A stretch of 59,448 nt of DNA from Paracoccaceae bacterium (GCA_013214665.1 JABSSA010000043.1:1-59448), one strand, 5' to 3'; counted from the first letter of the stretch, positions 1 through 17,911 are shown. Notes: generated from the letters alone by a model not told the origin. Numbers and translations: made by a program.

Positions 1-1027
1 TCAGCTCCAGCGGCGCCGCAAAGATCACCAGCGAAAAGGCCCAGATGCCGGCCAGAATGCCACCACCCGCCAGCCGATATGAATTTGACCCCCGCGCCAG
101 CCGCGTGCCGGCCCACACAAAGCCCAACAGAGCGCCAAGCGCCCAAAGTGCTGTCAAAAGCGTGGTCGCAGAGACCGACAGGCCCAAAATTTCGCCGCCA
201 TAAGGCTCGAGCAGAACGTCCTGCATATTGAAGGCCATCGTGCCGACAAAGACGCAGGCCAAAAGACGACCGGCGCGGCCTCCGCTGCCAAGATCCGCCA
301 TTGCATCCGAAAACAGGGGCCGGGGCGCTTCGCGTTCCGCCTTGCTCATGGGGCGCACGTTTTCTTGCCGCCAAAGCGCGATCAGGTTGAGCACTAGGGT
401 AACAACAGCGGCGCCCTGAACAACGCGAATCAGGCGTAAGGGGCTGAAATCTTGTAATAATCCGCCAATGATCACAGCCGAGACACCCATCCCGACCAAG
501 AACATCACGTAAAGCAAAGCCACCACGCGGGGCCGCGTTTCATCGGTTGCCCGGTCTGAGGCGAGTGCCAGACCCGCAGTTTGGGTCATGTGAATGCCAA
601 GGCCCGTCATCAGAAACGAGATGCCCGCCAGCGCTTCACCCGAGAACGGAATTTGGTGTTCCGCGCCACCGCCCAGGATCAGCAGGGCAAACGGCATCAC
701 TGCCAATCCACCAAATTGCCAGAGCGAGCCAAACCAGATGTAGGGGATGCGCTTCCACCCGATGGCGGAGCGGTAGGTGTCAGACCGAAAGCCCAAAAGC
801 GCCCGGAACGGTGCGATCAACACGGGCAGGGCGATCATAATGGCCACGACCATCGCAGGCACACCCAATTCGACGATCATCACACGGTTGAGCGTGCCCA
901 AAAGCATCACCGTCGCCATCCCAACCGACACCTGAAACAGCGACAGCCGCAACAGCTGGCCCATGGGCAAGCTGTCAGAAGCCGCATCAGAGAAGGGCAG
1001 GAAGCGAGAGGGTGCCGCGCGCGTCAT
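1..1027 (-). CDS. lhaA: LhaA/PucC-family (BCD MFS) light-harvesting assembly protein; C-terminus lies beyond the window edge
   Basis: Absent from the ORF track because it runs off the window edge. My reverse-strand translation from the ATG at 1027 reads MTRAAPSRFLPFSDAASDSLPMGQLLRLSLFQVSVGMATVMLLGTLNRVMIVELGVPAMVVAIMIALPVLIAPFRALLGFRSDTYRSAIGWKRIPYIWFGSLWQFGG... and stays open to position 1. ATGA overlap with the bchM stop. Sits after bchM, as in the Rhodobacter bchFNBHLM-lhaA order. Confidence 0.8.
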   Translation of the reverse strand, partial: MTRAAPSRFLPFSDAASDSLPMGQLLRLSLFQVSVGMATVMLLGTLNRVMIVELGVPAMVVAIMIALPVLIAPFRALLGFRSDTYRSAIGWKRIPYIWFGSLWQFGGLAVMPFALLILGGGAEHQIPFSGEALAGISFLMTGLGIHMTQTAGLALASDRATDETRPRVVALLYVMFLVGMGVSAVIIGGLLQDFSPLRLIRVVQGAAVVTLVLNLIALWRQENVRPMSKAEREAPRPLFSDAMADLGSGGRAGRLLACVFVGTMAFNMQDVLLEPYGGEILGLSVSATTLLTALWALGALLGFVWAGTRLARGSNSYRLAGGGILAGIWAFSLVIFAAPLEL

Positions 1028-1763
1028 GGCCGCGTCTCCATCGCTTCGGAAATGTAAAATCCGCTGGTCACCCGTTCAACCGGGCGCACCACGCGGCCGG
1101 CGCCTGCGGATTTGGCGGCCCGCGCCAGCGGGTCGCGCGCATGGGGGATCATGGTGGGCGACCGATCCGATTTGGGAAAGGCCTTGCCCGCATACCACAT
1201 GGCCATCAACAGCGGTGTGCGCGGCGCCACGGTAAAGACGGTCGCCCCCTGAACCCGTGGCTCAAGCCGCGCCAATGCCCGGCCGATATCGTCAGCGGTA
1301 TAGTAAATCAGGCTGTCCATCGCGATGACGTGGTCAAATCCACCCAGATCCGGGTCCAACATGTCGCCTGCGTGAAACGCCACCTGGTTGTGCAAAGGTT
1401 GTGGAAGTCGGTCTTGCGCTATTTTGACAAGGCTGGGCGAAATATCCACGGCCAGAACCTGAGCGCCGCGTTCGGCCAGCGCCTGGGTCATCTGCCCGGC
1501 GCCACATCCGGCATCCAAAACCCGCTGGCCCCGCAAATCCTGCGGCAAACGGCTCAGGATCAAGGCCCGCATCCGGTCCCGCCCGGCGCGCACGGTTTCG
1601 CGAATTTTTGATACCGGCGCATCCGAGGTCAGTCGCTCCCATGTTTGCGTCGCAGTCTTGTCAAAATAGGTCTCCACCCGCGCACGTGTCGCGGCATAGC
1701 CAGAACGCTGGCCTGCGGAGGGCTGATCCAGCCCGGTCCGAGAAGAGAGGCGGCCGTCTAGCA

Positions 1764-1764
<1 letters not shown>
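1024..1764 (-). CDS. bchM: Mg-protoporphyrin IX methyltransferase
   Basis: ORF 1024..1767 contains ETYFDKTATQTWERLTSDAPVSKIRETVRAGRD and the SAM motif VLDAGCGAG. The ATG at 1764 shares one base with the bchL TGA; the 1767 codon is TTG. Confidence 0.93.
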
Positions 1765-9704
<7,940 letters not shown>

Positions 9705-9758
9705 GAGTTTGTTTCCCGTCAATCCGCGAGAGACAGGCTAGCGGGTTTCAGGCAAAAG

Positions 9759-9776
9759 TGTCAATTATAACTTACA
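9759..9776. promoter_or_regulatory. PpsR/CrtJ-type palindrome TGT-N12-ACA (site 1, bchF side)
   Basis: TGTCAATTATAACTTACA. On the minus strand it contains a perfect TATAAT (9764-9769), 55 nt upstream of the bchF ATG. Confidence 0.6.
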
Positions 9777-9908
9777 CAATGAGTGTCAGGATTTTACGAA
9801 GTATGCCGGTAAGCACAGTGTGCTGTGATGATATTAGGTGGAGTAGATTGCCATATTTTATTGAAAAATATGTACCCGTCTTGAATGTTTTCAGACATTT
9901 TTCATACA

Positions 9909-9926
9909 TGTCAAATCAGATTGACA
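9909..9926. promoter_or_regulatory. PpsR/CrtJ-type palindrome (site 2, ppaA side), overlapping a TTGACA -35 box
   Basis: TGTCAAATCAGATTGACA is a perfect TGTCA-N8-TGACA. TTGACA (9921-9926), then 17 nt, then GACAAT (9944-9949) forms a sigma-70-like promoter facing ppaA. Confidence 0.65.
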
Positions 9927-10019
9927 TTAGTGTTGTACGGTCAGACAATAGACCAAAGTCGATCATAAGCTCTGCTTGCGCCTAACAGCTCACCAGGCGA
10001 GCCCACCCCGGGACGTGCC

Positions 10020-10802
10020 ATGACGGAGAACGACCTTCCAAGCCGATCCAAAACCAGCGCAGAATTTGCGTCTGGGACAGATCGTTTGGCGACACACGTC
10101 ATTTCCGTCCTGCAACAGCGTCAGGCGCCTTACCAAGCCGGTGTGCGACAGTTCATTTTGGACTACTTGGTCAGAGCCATTTTGTACCAACCGGAGTTCG
10201 AGGCAGAATTGGTGCAAGCTGAGCTGCGAGGCTTTCGCCTGAATGTTGATACGATTATCGACAATTATGTACCGATGGCGGCCAAGGAGCTGGGCGAGCT
10301 TTGGGTGCAATCAAAGATTGACTTTGCGCAAGTCACAATCGGTGCGCTGCGTTTGCAATCCCTGCTGACTGAAGCGGCGGATGAGGTTGTGTTTCTCACC
10401 CCGCCTCAGGCGGTGGATGTGACGATGGTTCTTGTGGTGCCAGAAGGCGAGCAGCATTTTCTGGGCGCCAGCGTGGTTGCGGCGCAGCTCCGTCGAATGG
10501 GTGTTCAGGTGTGCAGTGTCTTCGCCGAACCGGGTGATGATCTGGTGCGAAGGATTTCGGCAGAAATGCCGGACGCTGTGATGTTTACCTGTGGTCGGAC
10601 GGCTGGACTTGCAACAATTGCTCAAACCGTCTTTAGTATACGTCAACGTGTTTCAGAAGTTCCACTTTTGGTATTGGGTGGGTCGATCTTGGAAACGCAT
10701 GCGGACATAAAAGAGACGACGGGTGTCGATTTGGTGACCAATACGCCAACCGATGTTTTGAGCCGTTGTTTGAAGCAGGGCAGACGACGCATCGGATCAT
10801 GA
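10020..10802 (+). CDS. ppaA: PpaA/AerR photosynthesis regulator (cobalamin-binding-domain antirepressor of PpsR)
   Basis: B12-binding-like core VLVVPEGEQHFLGASVVAAQLRRMGVQV. Lies immediately upstream of ppsR, with which it is translationally coupled by an ATGA overlap. Divergent from bchF. Confidence 0.85.
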   Translation: MTENDLPSRSKTSAEFASGTDRLATHVISVLQQRQAPYQAGVRQFILDYLVRAILYQPEFEAELVQAELRGFRLNVDTIIDNYVPMAAKELGELWVQSKIDFAQVTIGALRLQSLLTEAADEVVFLTPPQAVDVTMVLVVPEGEQHFLGASVVAAQLRRMGVQVCSVFAEPGDDLVRRISAEMPDAVMFTCGRTAGLATIAQTVFSIRQRVSEVPLLVLGGSILETHADIKETTGVDLVTNTPTDVLSRCLKQGRRRIGS

Positions 10803-12232
10803 AGACAGGCGGCACCAATTTCTGGACGAGCGGAGCGGTCCCGCTTATCGAACCTGAATTTCTCAGCAGCATTCTTGGCGCGGCCTCTGATCTTGCTTTG
10901 GTTGTTTCAGCCGAAGGCATTATCCTTTCCGTCATCGTAAACCATGGAGCGGACAGTTTCGGTAACCTGGAGCATTGGGAAGGGCGGGCGATCACCGAAT
11001 TCCTGACGCAGGAAAGCGTAACGATGTTCCAGGCCGCGCATGATATGTATCTGGCCGGGCAGGAGCCGCCGCGGTTTATTGAACTGAACCATACGGACAA
11101 CGCCACCTGGCAATATCCTGTGCGCTATACATTCCACCGGTTCGGGCAGGATGGTGCGGCGTTGTTGCTGGGGCGCGACTTGCGTCCGATCGCAGAAACA
11201 CAACAACAGCTGGTCCAAGCGCAGCTTGCGCTGGAACGTGGGTATGAGGCGCGACGGGAATTCGACGCACGGTATCGTGTGCTGTTGGCGCAGACCCGCG
11301 AGGCTGCGTTGTTCATCAAGTTGAGCACTGGACGCATTGATGATGTGAATGAAGCGGCGTCGATCTTGTTGGGGTCAACGGATTCCGCGGTGATCGGCAC
11401 CACATTGGCCAGCCATTTTGAAAACCGCACCGGCGCAGAGCTTATGGAAAGCCTGTTGAATGCGACGCTGGCAGATCAGCCTGAACCCATAGTGGTCGAG
11501 GCGTCCCGCTCCGGGGCGCAGATCACACTGGTGCCGCATGTGTTCCGCGCGGGCGGACAGCGGGTCATGCTGTGTCGCTTGGTTACGGATAAGTCCGCGC
11601 AAGAAGCGGCATTGGCCGCCTTGGCGGACCGTCAGGAAAGCGCGCTGGTTGCGGCAACGTCAGATGCAATCCTGTTTTTGGACGGGCGAGGCCAAATCCT
11701 TTCCGTCAACGAAGCGTTTTTGGATATGATCGGCGCGGCGCATTTGTCGGATGTGGTGGGTCGGTCGTTGGCAGAGCATTTGGCCCGTGGCCAGGTGGAT
11801 TTGGGCGTACTTTTGGAGAATGCCAAATCTGCAGGGCAGATGCGGCTTTATACTACAAAAATCCTGAATGAGGTTGGCACCAAGGTGTCGATTGAGGCGT
11901 CTGCCACCTACTTGGATCATCCCAAACATCCCGCAATTGGGTTGATCATACGCGATAGCAGCCGGTTGGAGCCATCCCGTGGCAAAATCGGCAGCCCGGA
12001 TGCAGATGGTCAATTGCCCGATCCCGGTCGCAATGTGATGGATCTTGTCGGCACGGCCTCTTTGAAAGAGATCGTCGCGGAAACCACGGATGTGGTGGAA
12101 AAGATGTGCATCGAAACTGCGGTAGAATTGACTCGTAACAATCGTGTTGCTGCAGCTGAGATGTTGGGCCTGAGCCGACAGTCTTTGTACGTGAAGCTAC
12201 GTAAATACGGCCTGCTGAGTAAGAACGGCTAA
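10799..12232 (+). CDS. ppsR: PpsR/CrtJ transcriptional repressor of photosynthesis genes
   Basis: Multiple PAS-like segments and a C-terminal Fis-type HTH, NRVAAAEMLGLSRQSLYVKLRKYGL. The ATG at 10799 overlaps the ppaA TGA. Confidence 0.9.
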   Translation: MKTGGTNFWTSGAVPLIEPEFLSSILGAASDLALVVSAEGIILSVIVNHGADSFGNLEHWEGRAITEFLTQESVTMFQAAHDMYLAGQEPPRFIELNHTDNATWQYPVRYTFHRFGQDGAALLLGRDLRPIAETQQQLVQAQLALERGYEARREFDARYRVLLAQTREAALFIKLSTGRIDDVNEAASILLGSTDSAVIGTTLASHFENRTGAELMESLLNATLADQPEPIVVEASRSGAQITLVPHVFRAGGQRVMLCRLVTDKSAQEAALAALADRQESALVAATSDAILFLDGRGQILSVNEAFLDMIGAAHLSDVVGRSLAEHLARGQVDLGVLLENAKSAGQMRLYTTKILNEVGTKVSIEASATYLDHPKHPAIGLIIRDSSRLEPSRGKIGSPDADGQLPDPGRNVMDLVGTASLKEIVAETTDVVEKMCIETAVELTRNNRVAAAEMLGLSRQSLYVKLRKYGLLSKNG

Positions 12233-12263
12233 GTCGCACCGACACGCTTGCCAAGACTCAAAG

Positions 12264-12281
12264 TGTCAGCCATAGTTGACA
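12264..12281. promoter_or_regulatory. PpsR/CrtJ-type palindrome (site 3), abutting the bchG start codon
   Basis: TGTCAGCCATAGTTGACA is a perfect TGTCA-N8-TGACA and ends 3 nt before the ATG at 12284. It overlaps the candidate promoter TTGCCA (12248-12253), 17 nt, CATAGT (12271-12276). Confidence 0.6.
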
Positions 12282-12283
12282 GT

Positions 12284-13183
12284 ATGGATGTATCACAGCC
12301 CATACACATGCGTCGTTTTCCGGATCCGGTGGCTGCGCTCACGTTGATCAAACCCATCACGTGGTTCCCGCCGATGTGGGCCTATTTGTGTGGTGTCGTG
12401 TCTTCAGGGGCCTTTGTCTCAGATCGATGGTGGCTGGTTGTGCTTGGCGTTGTTCTGGCAGGTCCAATCGTATGCGGCATGAGTCAGGCAGCCAATGATT
12501 GGTGTGATCGGCATGTGGATGCGATCAATGAGCCGAACCGTCCCATACCCTCCGGCCGGATTCCTGGGCGGTGGGGGTTGTGGATCGCGCTCGCCATGTC
12601 GGCTTTGGCTTTGGTCGTAGGGTGGCATTTGGGCACATGGGGGTTTGGCGCTACGTGCCTCGCGGTTGTGGCGGCTTGGGCTTATTCGGCGGAACCTGTG
12701 CGCATGAAGCGCTCGGGCTGGTTCGGACCGGGATTGGTCGGGCTGAGCTATGAAACATTGCCTTGGATCACCGGGGCCGCAGTTCTAAGCGCCGGAGCAC
12801 CTCGCATTGAAATTCTGGGGATCGCAGTTCTTTACGGAATTGGCGCGCATGGAATCATGACACTGAACGATTTCAAGGCGCTGGAAGGTGATAGGCAGAT
12901 GGGGGTGAATTCTCTGCCAGTCACGCTTGGGCCCGCCCGCGCAGCCAAAGTGGCGTGCTGTGTCATGGCGGTGCCGCAGATGGCAGTGATTGCTTTGTTG
13001 TTCACATGGGACAGGCCATTGCACGCCGCAGGAGTTGCGGCGGTGTTGGCTGTTCAATTCTGGGCCATGCGCATCATGCTGGCCGATCCGAAGGGAAAAG
13101 CGCCTTGGTATAATGGCACCGGCGTCTTGCTGTATGTCTCGGGCATGATGATTGCCGCATTCGCCTTGCGGGGGATGGCATGA
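12284..13183 (+). CDS. bchG: Bacteriochlorophyll a synthase (UbiA prenyltransferase family)
   Basis: LIKPITWFPPMWAYLCGVVSSG and NDWCDRHVDAINEPNRPIPSGRI. 21 residues precede the IKP motif, the same length I recall for R. capsulatus BchG. The track start at 12248 is a TTG. Confidence 0.93.
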   Translation: MDVSQPIHMRRFPDPVAALTLIKPITWFPPMWAYLCGVVSSGAFVSDRWWLVVLGVVLAGPIVCGMSQAANDWCDRHVDAINEPNRPIPSGRIPGRWGLWIALAMSALALVVGWHLGTWGFGATCLAVVAAWAYSAEPVRMKRSGWFGPGLVGLSYETLPWITGAAVLSAGAPRIEILGIAVLYGIGAHGIMTLNDFKALEGDRQMGVNSLPVTLGPARAAKVACCVMAVPQMAVIALLFTWDRPLHAAGVAAVLAVQFWAMRIMLADPKGKAPWYNGTGVLLYVSGMMIAAFALRGMA

Positions 13184-14484
13184 GGTCAGAGGTTTTGAAA
13201 ACGCTGTCTTGGCTACAGATCGTCCGACTTGGTCTGGTGCAAACGTGCCTTGGGGCGATTGTCGTCCTGACCACTTCGACGTTGAACCGGTTGATGGTGG
13301 TTGAACTGGCCCTGCCTGCGATTTTGCCAGGCGCGTTGGTGGCCTTGCACTACGGCATACAGATCACCCGCCCCAATTGGGGTTTTCTGTCAGACACCGG
13401 AGGTCAACGCTCGCGTTGGATCATCGGCGGAATGCTCGCGCTGGCTTTGGGGGCTGTGCTGGCAGCTTATGGTGTCGTGATCTTGGAACAGACGTTCTGG
13501 CTGGGCCTGGGGCTGTCTGTCGTCGCGTATGCGCTGATTGGGCTTGGCGTCGGCGCGTCGGGCACGTCGCTGTTGGCCCTATTGGCGACGGCAACGGCTG
13601 AACGGCGCAGACCGGCAGCAGCGACGATAACATGGCTGATGATGATCGCCGGTATCGCAGGCACGGCAGGTGTTGTTGGCGCGATGCTCGATCCATATAG
13701 CGCCGGGCTTTTGATGCGGATTGTGGCCGTCACATGCGCCACGGCTGTCGGTGTGACGATCCTGGCCGTTTGGGGGATTGAGCGCGGTGTGATTGCGCGG
13801 CCAAACCCGGATGCGATGCCGTTTCGGGAAGGTATGGCAGAGATCTGGAACGAGCCGCACGCACGCCATTTCACCTTGTTCGTGTTCTTGTCGATGGTTG
13901 CGTACTTTATGCAAGAGCTGATCCTTGAGCCTTACGCGGGTCTCGTATTTGCCTTCACGCCGGGCCAATCCACGTCGCTTTCGGGGGCGCAAAATGGTGG
14001 TGTGTTCCTTGGCATGGTGCTGGTCGGGGTCTTGGCCACGGGGCTGCGGATCGGCAGCCTGCGCAATTGGGTGATTGCGGGCTGTCTTGGGTCTGCTGCT
14101 GCGCTGACGCTAATTTGCGCGTTGGGTCAGATTGGGCCAAACGCGCCGCTTGTACCGGCAGTGGTGGCGCTTGGGTTTTTCAATGGGATTTTCGCGGTCG
14201 CGGCCATCGGATCGATGATGGCTTTGGCAGGGCAGGGGCGCGGATCACGTGAAGGCACGCGCATGGGCCTTTGGGGCGCGGCACAGGCCATCGCCGCCGG
14301 TTTTGGCGGCTTGGTCGGCGCGGCCATGGTGGATGTCTTGCGCAGCGCAACCGGTGTGGATGCCACAGCCTTTGGCGCGGTTTTTCTTTTCGAGGCCGGG
14401 CTTTTCTTGATCTCAGCATATGTCGCCATGCGCGTGATGGGCCGTCGTCCTTCACCGGACGGCGCTTTGGTTCCGGGAGAATAA
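13180..14484 (+). CDS. PucC/LhaA-family BCD MFS protein (the orf428 position between bchG and bchP)
   Basis: 434 aa with about 12 predicted TM helices. LQIVRLGLVQTCLGAIVVLTTSTLNRLMVVELALPA parallels the lhaA N-terminus in this window. ATGA overlap with bchG. Confidence 0.85.
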   Translation: MRSEVLKTLSWLQIVRLGLVQTCLGAIVVLTTSTLNRLMVVELALPAILPGALVALHYGIQITRPNWGFLSDTGGQRSRWIIGGMLALALGAVLAAYGVVILEQTFWLGLGLSVVAYALIGLGVGASGTSLLALLATATAERRRPAAATITWLMMIAGIAGTAGVVGAMLDPYSAGLLMRIVAVTCATAVGVTILAVWGIERGVIARPNPDAMPFREGMAEIWNEPHARHFTLFVFLSMVAYFMQELILEPYAGLVFAFTPGQSTSLSGAQNGGVFLGMVLVGVLATGLRIGSLRNWVIAGCLGSAAALTLICALGQIGPNAPLVPAVVALGFFNGIFAVAAIGSMMALAGQGRGSREGTRMGLWGAAQAIAAGFGGLVGAAMVDVLRSATGVDATAFGAVFLFEAGLFLISAYVAMRVMGRRPSPDGALVPGE

Positions 14485-14487
14485 CCA

Positions 14488-15669
14488 ATGAGCTATGACG
14501 TTGTCGTTGTCGGAGGAGGCCCTTCGGGTGCCACGGCTGCAGAAGATTTGGTGCGATCCGGGCATTCGGTAGCCTTGCTGGATCGCGAGGGTCGGATCAA
14601 ACCCTGTGGTGGTGCGATCCCGCCGCGATTGCTGCAAGATTTCAACGTCGGCGAAGATCAACTGCTGACCAAGGTCACAACGGCGCGCATGATTTCGCCC
14701 ACCGGCCGCCAAGTGGATATCCCTATTGAAAACGGTTTTGTCGGTATGGTCGACCGCAAGGATTTTGATCCCTACCTGCGGCAGCGCGCGCAAGAGGCGG
14801 GCGCCGATTACCATGTGGGAACATTTGTGCGCATTGATCGCGAGGATGGACAAACCAAGGTGATCTATCGCGAAAAGGCCAGCGGTGAGGAAAAGGCCTT
14901 GGAATGTCGGCTGGTGATTGGGGCGGATGGCGCACGGTCGCGCGTGGCGCGGGGCGAAGTGCCAGATGGTGACAAGATTCCCTATGTGCTGGCCTATCAC
15001 GAAATCATCGAAGCTCCGGCGCCGACCGAAACCTATGATCCCGAACGTTGTGACGTGATTTATGACGGTGCGATTTCCCCCGACTTCTATGGGTGGGTTT
15101 TCCCGCATGGCAAAACCACAAGCGTGGGCATGGGCACAGAGATTTCAGAGGTTGATCTGAAAGAGGCCACAGCTGCGTTGCGCAAGGCTTCCGGGCTTGA
15201 TGGCTGTGAGACCATACGCAAAGAAGGCGCGCCCATTCCGCTCAAACCGCTGGATCGCTGGGACAATGGCAAAGATGTCGTCTTGGCCGGAGACGCGGCG
15301 GGCGTGGTGGCGCCAAGCTCGGGCGAGGGCATCTACTATGCGATGGTCGGGGGCCGGGTTGCGGCCACGGCCTGTGCCGCAACACTGGCGTCCGGTCGTG
15401 TGGGCGATCTGAAACTGGCGCGAAAGCTGTTTATGCGGGAGCATAAAACTGTCTTTCGCGTGTTGGCCTCGATGCAAAACGCCTATTATCGATCAGATGC
15501 GCGGCGCGAGCGGTTTGTCTCCCTGTGTCATGATGTCGACGTGCAAAGACTGACCTTTGAGGCTTATATGAACAAAAAGCTGGTGAAGGCACGTCCGATG
15601 GCGCACCTGAAAATCGGCGTCAAAAACCTGTTTCACCTGACCGGACTGGTTCGCCCAGAATACACATGA
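14488..15669 (+). CDS. bchP: Geranylgeranyl diphosphate/bacteriochlorophyllide reductase
   Basis: MSYDVVVVGGGPSGATAAEDL is a FAD-binding fold. Length and PGC context fit. Confidence 0.93.
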   Translation: MSYDVVVVGGGPSGATAAEDLVRSGHSVALLDREGRIKPCGGAIPPRLLQDFNVGEDQLLTKVTTARMISPTGRQVDIPIENGFVGMVDRKDFDPYLRQRAQEAGADYHVGTFVRIDREDGQTKVIYREKASGEEKALECRLVIGADGARSRVARGEVPDGDKIPYVLAYHEIIEAPAPTETYDPERCDVIYDGAISPDFYGWVFPHGKTTSVGMGTEISEVDLKEATAALRKASGLDGCETIRKEGAPIPLKPLDRWDNGKDVVLAGDAAGVVAPSSGEGIYYAMVGGRVAATACAATLASGRVGDLKLARKLFMREHKTVFRVLASMQNAYYRSDARRERFVSLCHDVDVQRLTFEAYMNKKLVKARPMAHLKIGVKNLFHLTGLVRPEYT

Positions 15670-16208
15670 CAATCATGATCCCTGCATGGGTCGATGGCGT
15701 ATTGACCCCCGTTGAAAAGTTAGAAGCGCATCAGCGCGGTCTGCGACACAAGGCTGTCTCTGTCTTTGTGATGCGCGGCACAGATGTGTTGTTGCAACAA
15801 CGCGCAATGGGCAAATATCACACGCCCGGCCTGTGGACGAACACCTGCTGTACCCATCCAGATTTCGATGAAAGCTCTGCGGCCTGTGCCGTGCGCCGCC
15901 TGAATGAAGAGTTGGGCATTCGGAATGTGGTGACCGAATTCCGGCACAACCTCGAATATCGCGCCGAGGTGGGTAATGGCCTGATTGAGCATGAAGTCGT
16001 TGACGTATTCCTTGTGCGGGTGCGCGGTGACCTGCCGCTCAAGCCAAATCCGGATGAGGTGATGGATGTATCCTGGATGGATTACCACGATCTGATCGCG
16101 TCCGTGGAGCGCCACCCACAGCTTTATACGCCTTGGATGCGTATCTATCTCGCGGAACATGCCGATCGCATATTTGGCCCCGATCTGATCCACGCCGCGC
16201 GCGCTTGA
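15666..16208 (+). CDS. idi: Isopentenyl-diphosphate delta-isomerase, type 1 (Nudix)
   Basis: GLRHKAVSVFV...QQRAMGKYHTPGLWTNTCCTHP. ATGA overlap with bchP. Terminal gene of the PGC. Confidence 0.9.
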   Translation: MTIMIPAWVDGVLTPVEKLEAHQRGLRHKAVSVFVMRGTDVLLQQRAMGKYHTPGLWTNTCCTHPDFDESSAACAVRRLNEELGIRNVVTEFRHNLEYRAEVGNGLIEHEVVDVFLVRVRGDLPLKPNPDEVMDVSWMDYHDLIASVERHPQLYTPWMRIYLAEHADRIFGPDLIHAARA

Positions 16209-16337
16209 GCCAGGCTCATCGCTCCATGTTGACGTAAGAAACCGCAGTATACCTGCGCTTGTTCTGCGTTTGCAGTGTTGCAAGCGGGGCTGACACATGC
16301 ACTGTGATCGCTAACGGATTTCGGGAGGCGAGACAGC

Positions 16338-17807
16338 ATGACTCATATTCTGGCCATTGACCAAGGCACAACATCCAGCCGGGCGATCATTTTTGATGGG
16401 GCGATGCAGCCTATCGCCACTGCGCAAAAAGAGTTCACTCAGTATTTTCCAGCGTCTGGCTGGGTGGAACATGATACCGATGAAATCTGGGACGGTGTGT
16501 TGGCCGTATGCCGCGAGGCGTTGGATGCCGCTGGGTTGACCGCAACGGATATCGCCGGGATCGGGATCACAAACCAACGCGAAACCACGGTGATCTGGGA
16601 TAAGGACACTGGCCGCCCTTTGCAAAACGCCATCGTGTGGCAGGATCGGCGGACCGCGGATATTTGCGCTGAATTGCAAGCTGCAGGCAAAGCCGATCGG
16701 ATCACAGCGATCACCGGTTTGTTGGCCGATCCATATTTCAGCGGGACCAAGGTGAAGTGGCTTTTGGACCAGCATGATGCGCGCGCGGATGCGGCTGCCG
16801 GAAACCTGCTTTTTGGGACGATTGATTGCTGGCTGATCTGGAAGCTGACCGAAGGGGCGCGCCATGTCACGGATGCGACCAATGCGTGCCGGACAATGCT
16901 GTGTGATATTCACGCAGGCGGCTGGTCGGATGAGATGTGCGGAATTCTGGATGTGCCACAGGCGATGCTGCCTGAAGTGTTGGATTGTGCGGCTGATTTC
17001 GGAACAACATCCCTTTTGGGCGCGCCGATACCGATCTTGGGCGTCGCAGGTGATCAGCAGGCCGCGACGATCGGACAGGCCTGTTTTGCCCCCGGCATGT
17101 TGAAATCAACCTATGGCACTGGGTGTTTTGCCTTGTTGAACACGGGCGCAAACGCGGTGACATCACAGAACAGACTGCTGACCACGGTGGCCTATCAATT
17201 GGATGGGCAAGTCACCTATGCGCTTGAAGGGTCGATCTTTGTGGCCGGTGCGGTGGTGCAATGGCTGCGCGATGGATTGGGCATCATCGCCACCGCCGCA
17301 GAGACAGAGGCCATGGCGCAAGAGGGGCGTGGGGATGCGATTGTTGTGCCTGCCTTTACTGGCCTCGGTGCGCCCTATTGGAATTCCGAATGCCGGGGGG
17401 CGGTTTATGGGCTGACCCGCGATACGAATGCCGCAGATATGGCGCGGGCGGCGCTGGAAAGCGTGGGATATCAGACGCTTGATTTGTTGACGGCGATGCA
17501 ATCGGATTGGCCAGACGCCACCGATGCCGTTTTGCGCGTGGATGGCGGATTAAGTGCCAACAACTGGGCCATGCAGTTTCTCGCAGACATTCTGGGGGCA
17601 CCGGTTGATCGCCCGGCTGGGGTGGAGACCACGGCCCTTGGCGCCGCGTGGCTAGCAGGGCAGCGGGCAGGGCTGTACCCGGACCAAGCCGGGTTTGCCG
17701 AAAGCTGGTCGCGGGATGTGCGGTTTGAGCCAAAGATGGAGGCAGACAAACGGGCCCACCTTTCAGACCGCTGGCATCGGGCGATCGAAGCAACACTTCT
17801 TGTTTGA
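16338..17807 (+). CDS. glpK: Glycerol kinase
   Basis: [20 protein letters not shown]...[11 protein letters not shown]...[19 protein letters not shown]. Confidence 0.95.
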   Translation: MTHILAIDQGTTSSRAIIFDGAMQPIATAQKEFTQYFPASGWVEHDTDEIWDGVLAVCREALDAAGLTATDIAGIGITNQRETTVIWDKDTGRPLQNAIVWQDRRTADICAELQAAGKADRITAITGLLADPYFSGTKVKWLLDQHDARADAAAGNLLFGTIDCWLIWKLTEGARHVTDATNACRTMLCDIHAGGWSDEMCGILDVPQAMLPEVLDCAADFGTTSLLGAPIPILGVAGDQQAATIGQACFAPGMLKSTYGTGCFALLNTGANAVTSQNRLLTTVAYQLDGQVTYALEGSIFVAGAVVQWLRDGLGIIATAAETEAMAQEGRGDAIVVPAFTGLGAPYWNSECRGAVYGLTRDTNAADMARAALESVGYQTLDLLTAMQSDWPDATDAVLRVDGGLSANNWAMQFLADILGAPVDRPAGVETTALGAAWLAGQRAGLYPDQAGFAESWSRDVRFEPKMEADKRAHLSDRWHRAIEATLLV

Positions 17808-17911
17808 TTTTCGTGGAGTTGATTGACGCCACGGAAGCGCCCTAAGTTCTTGATTAAGCCGCACAAGCGCGTTGTGCTGGCAAAAACATAGGGAAGGGTG
17901 TCGCCTGTGGC

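Noticed and set aside
9758-9985. A 75-aa plus-strand ORF in the bchF/ppaA gap.
   Set aside because: Its AT-rich composition is unlike any gene in the window. It has no RBS, and it spans both PpsR palindromes and the predicted ppaA promoter. It is regulatory DNA rather than coding sequence.
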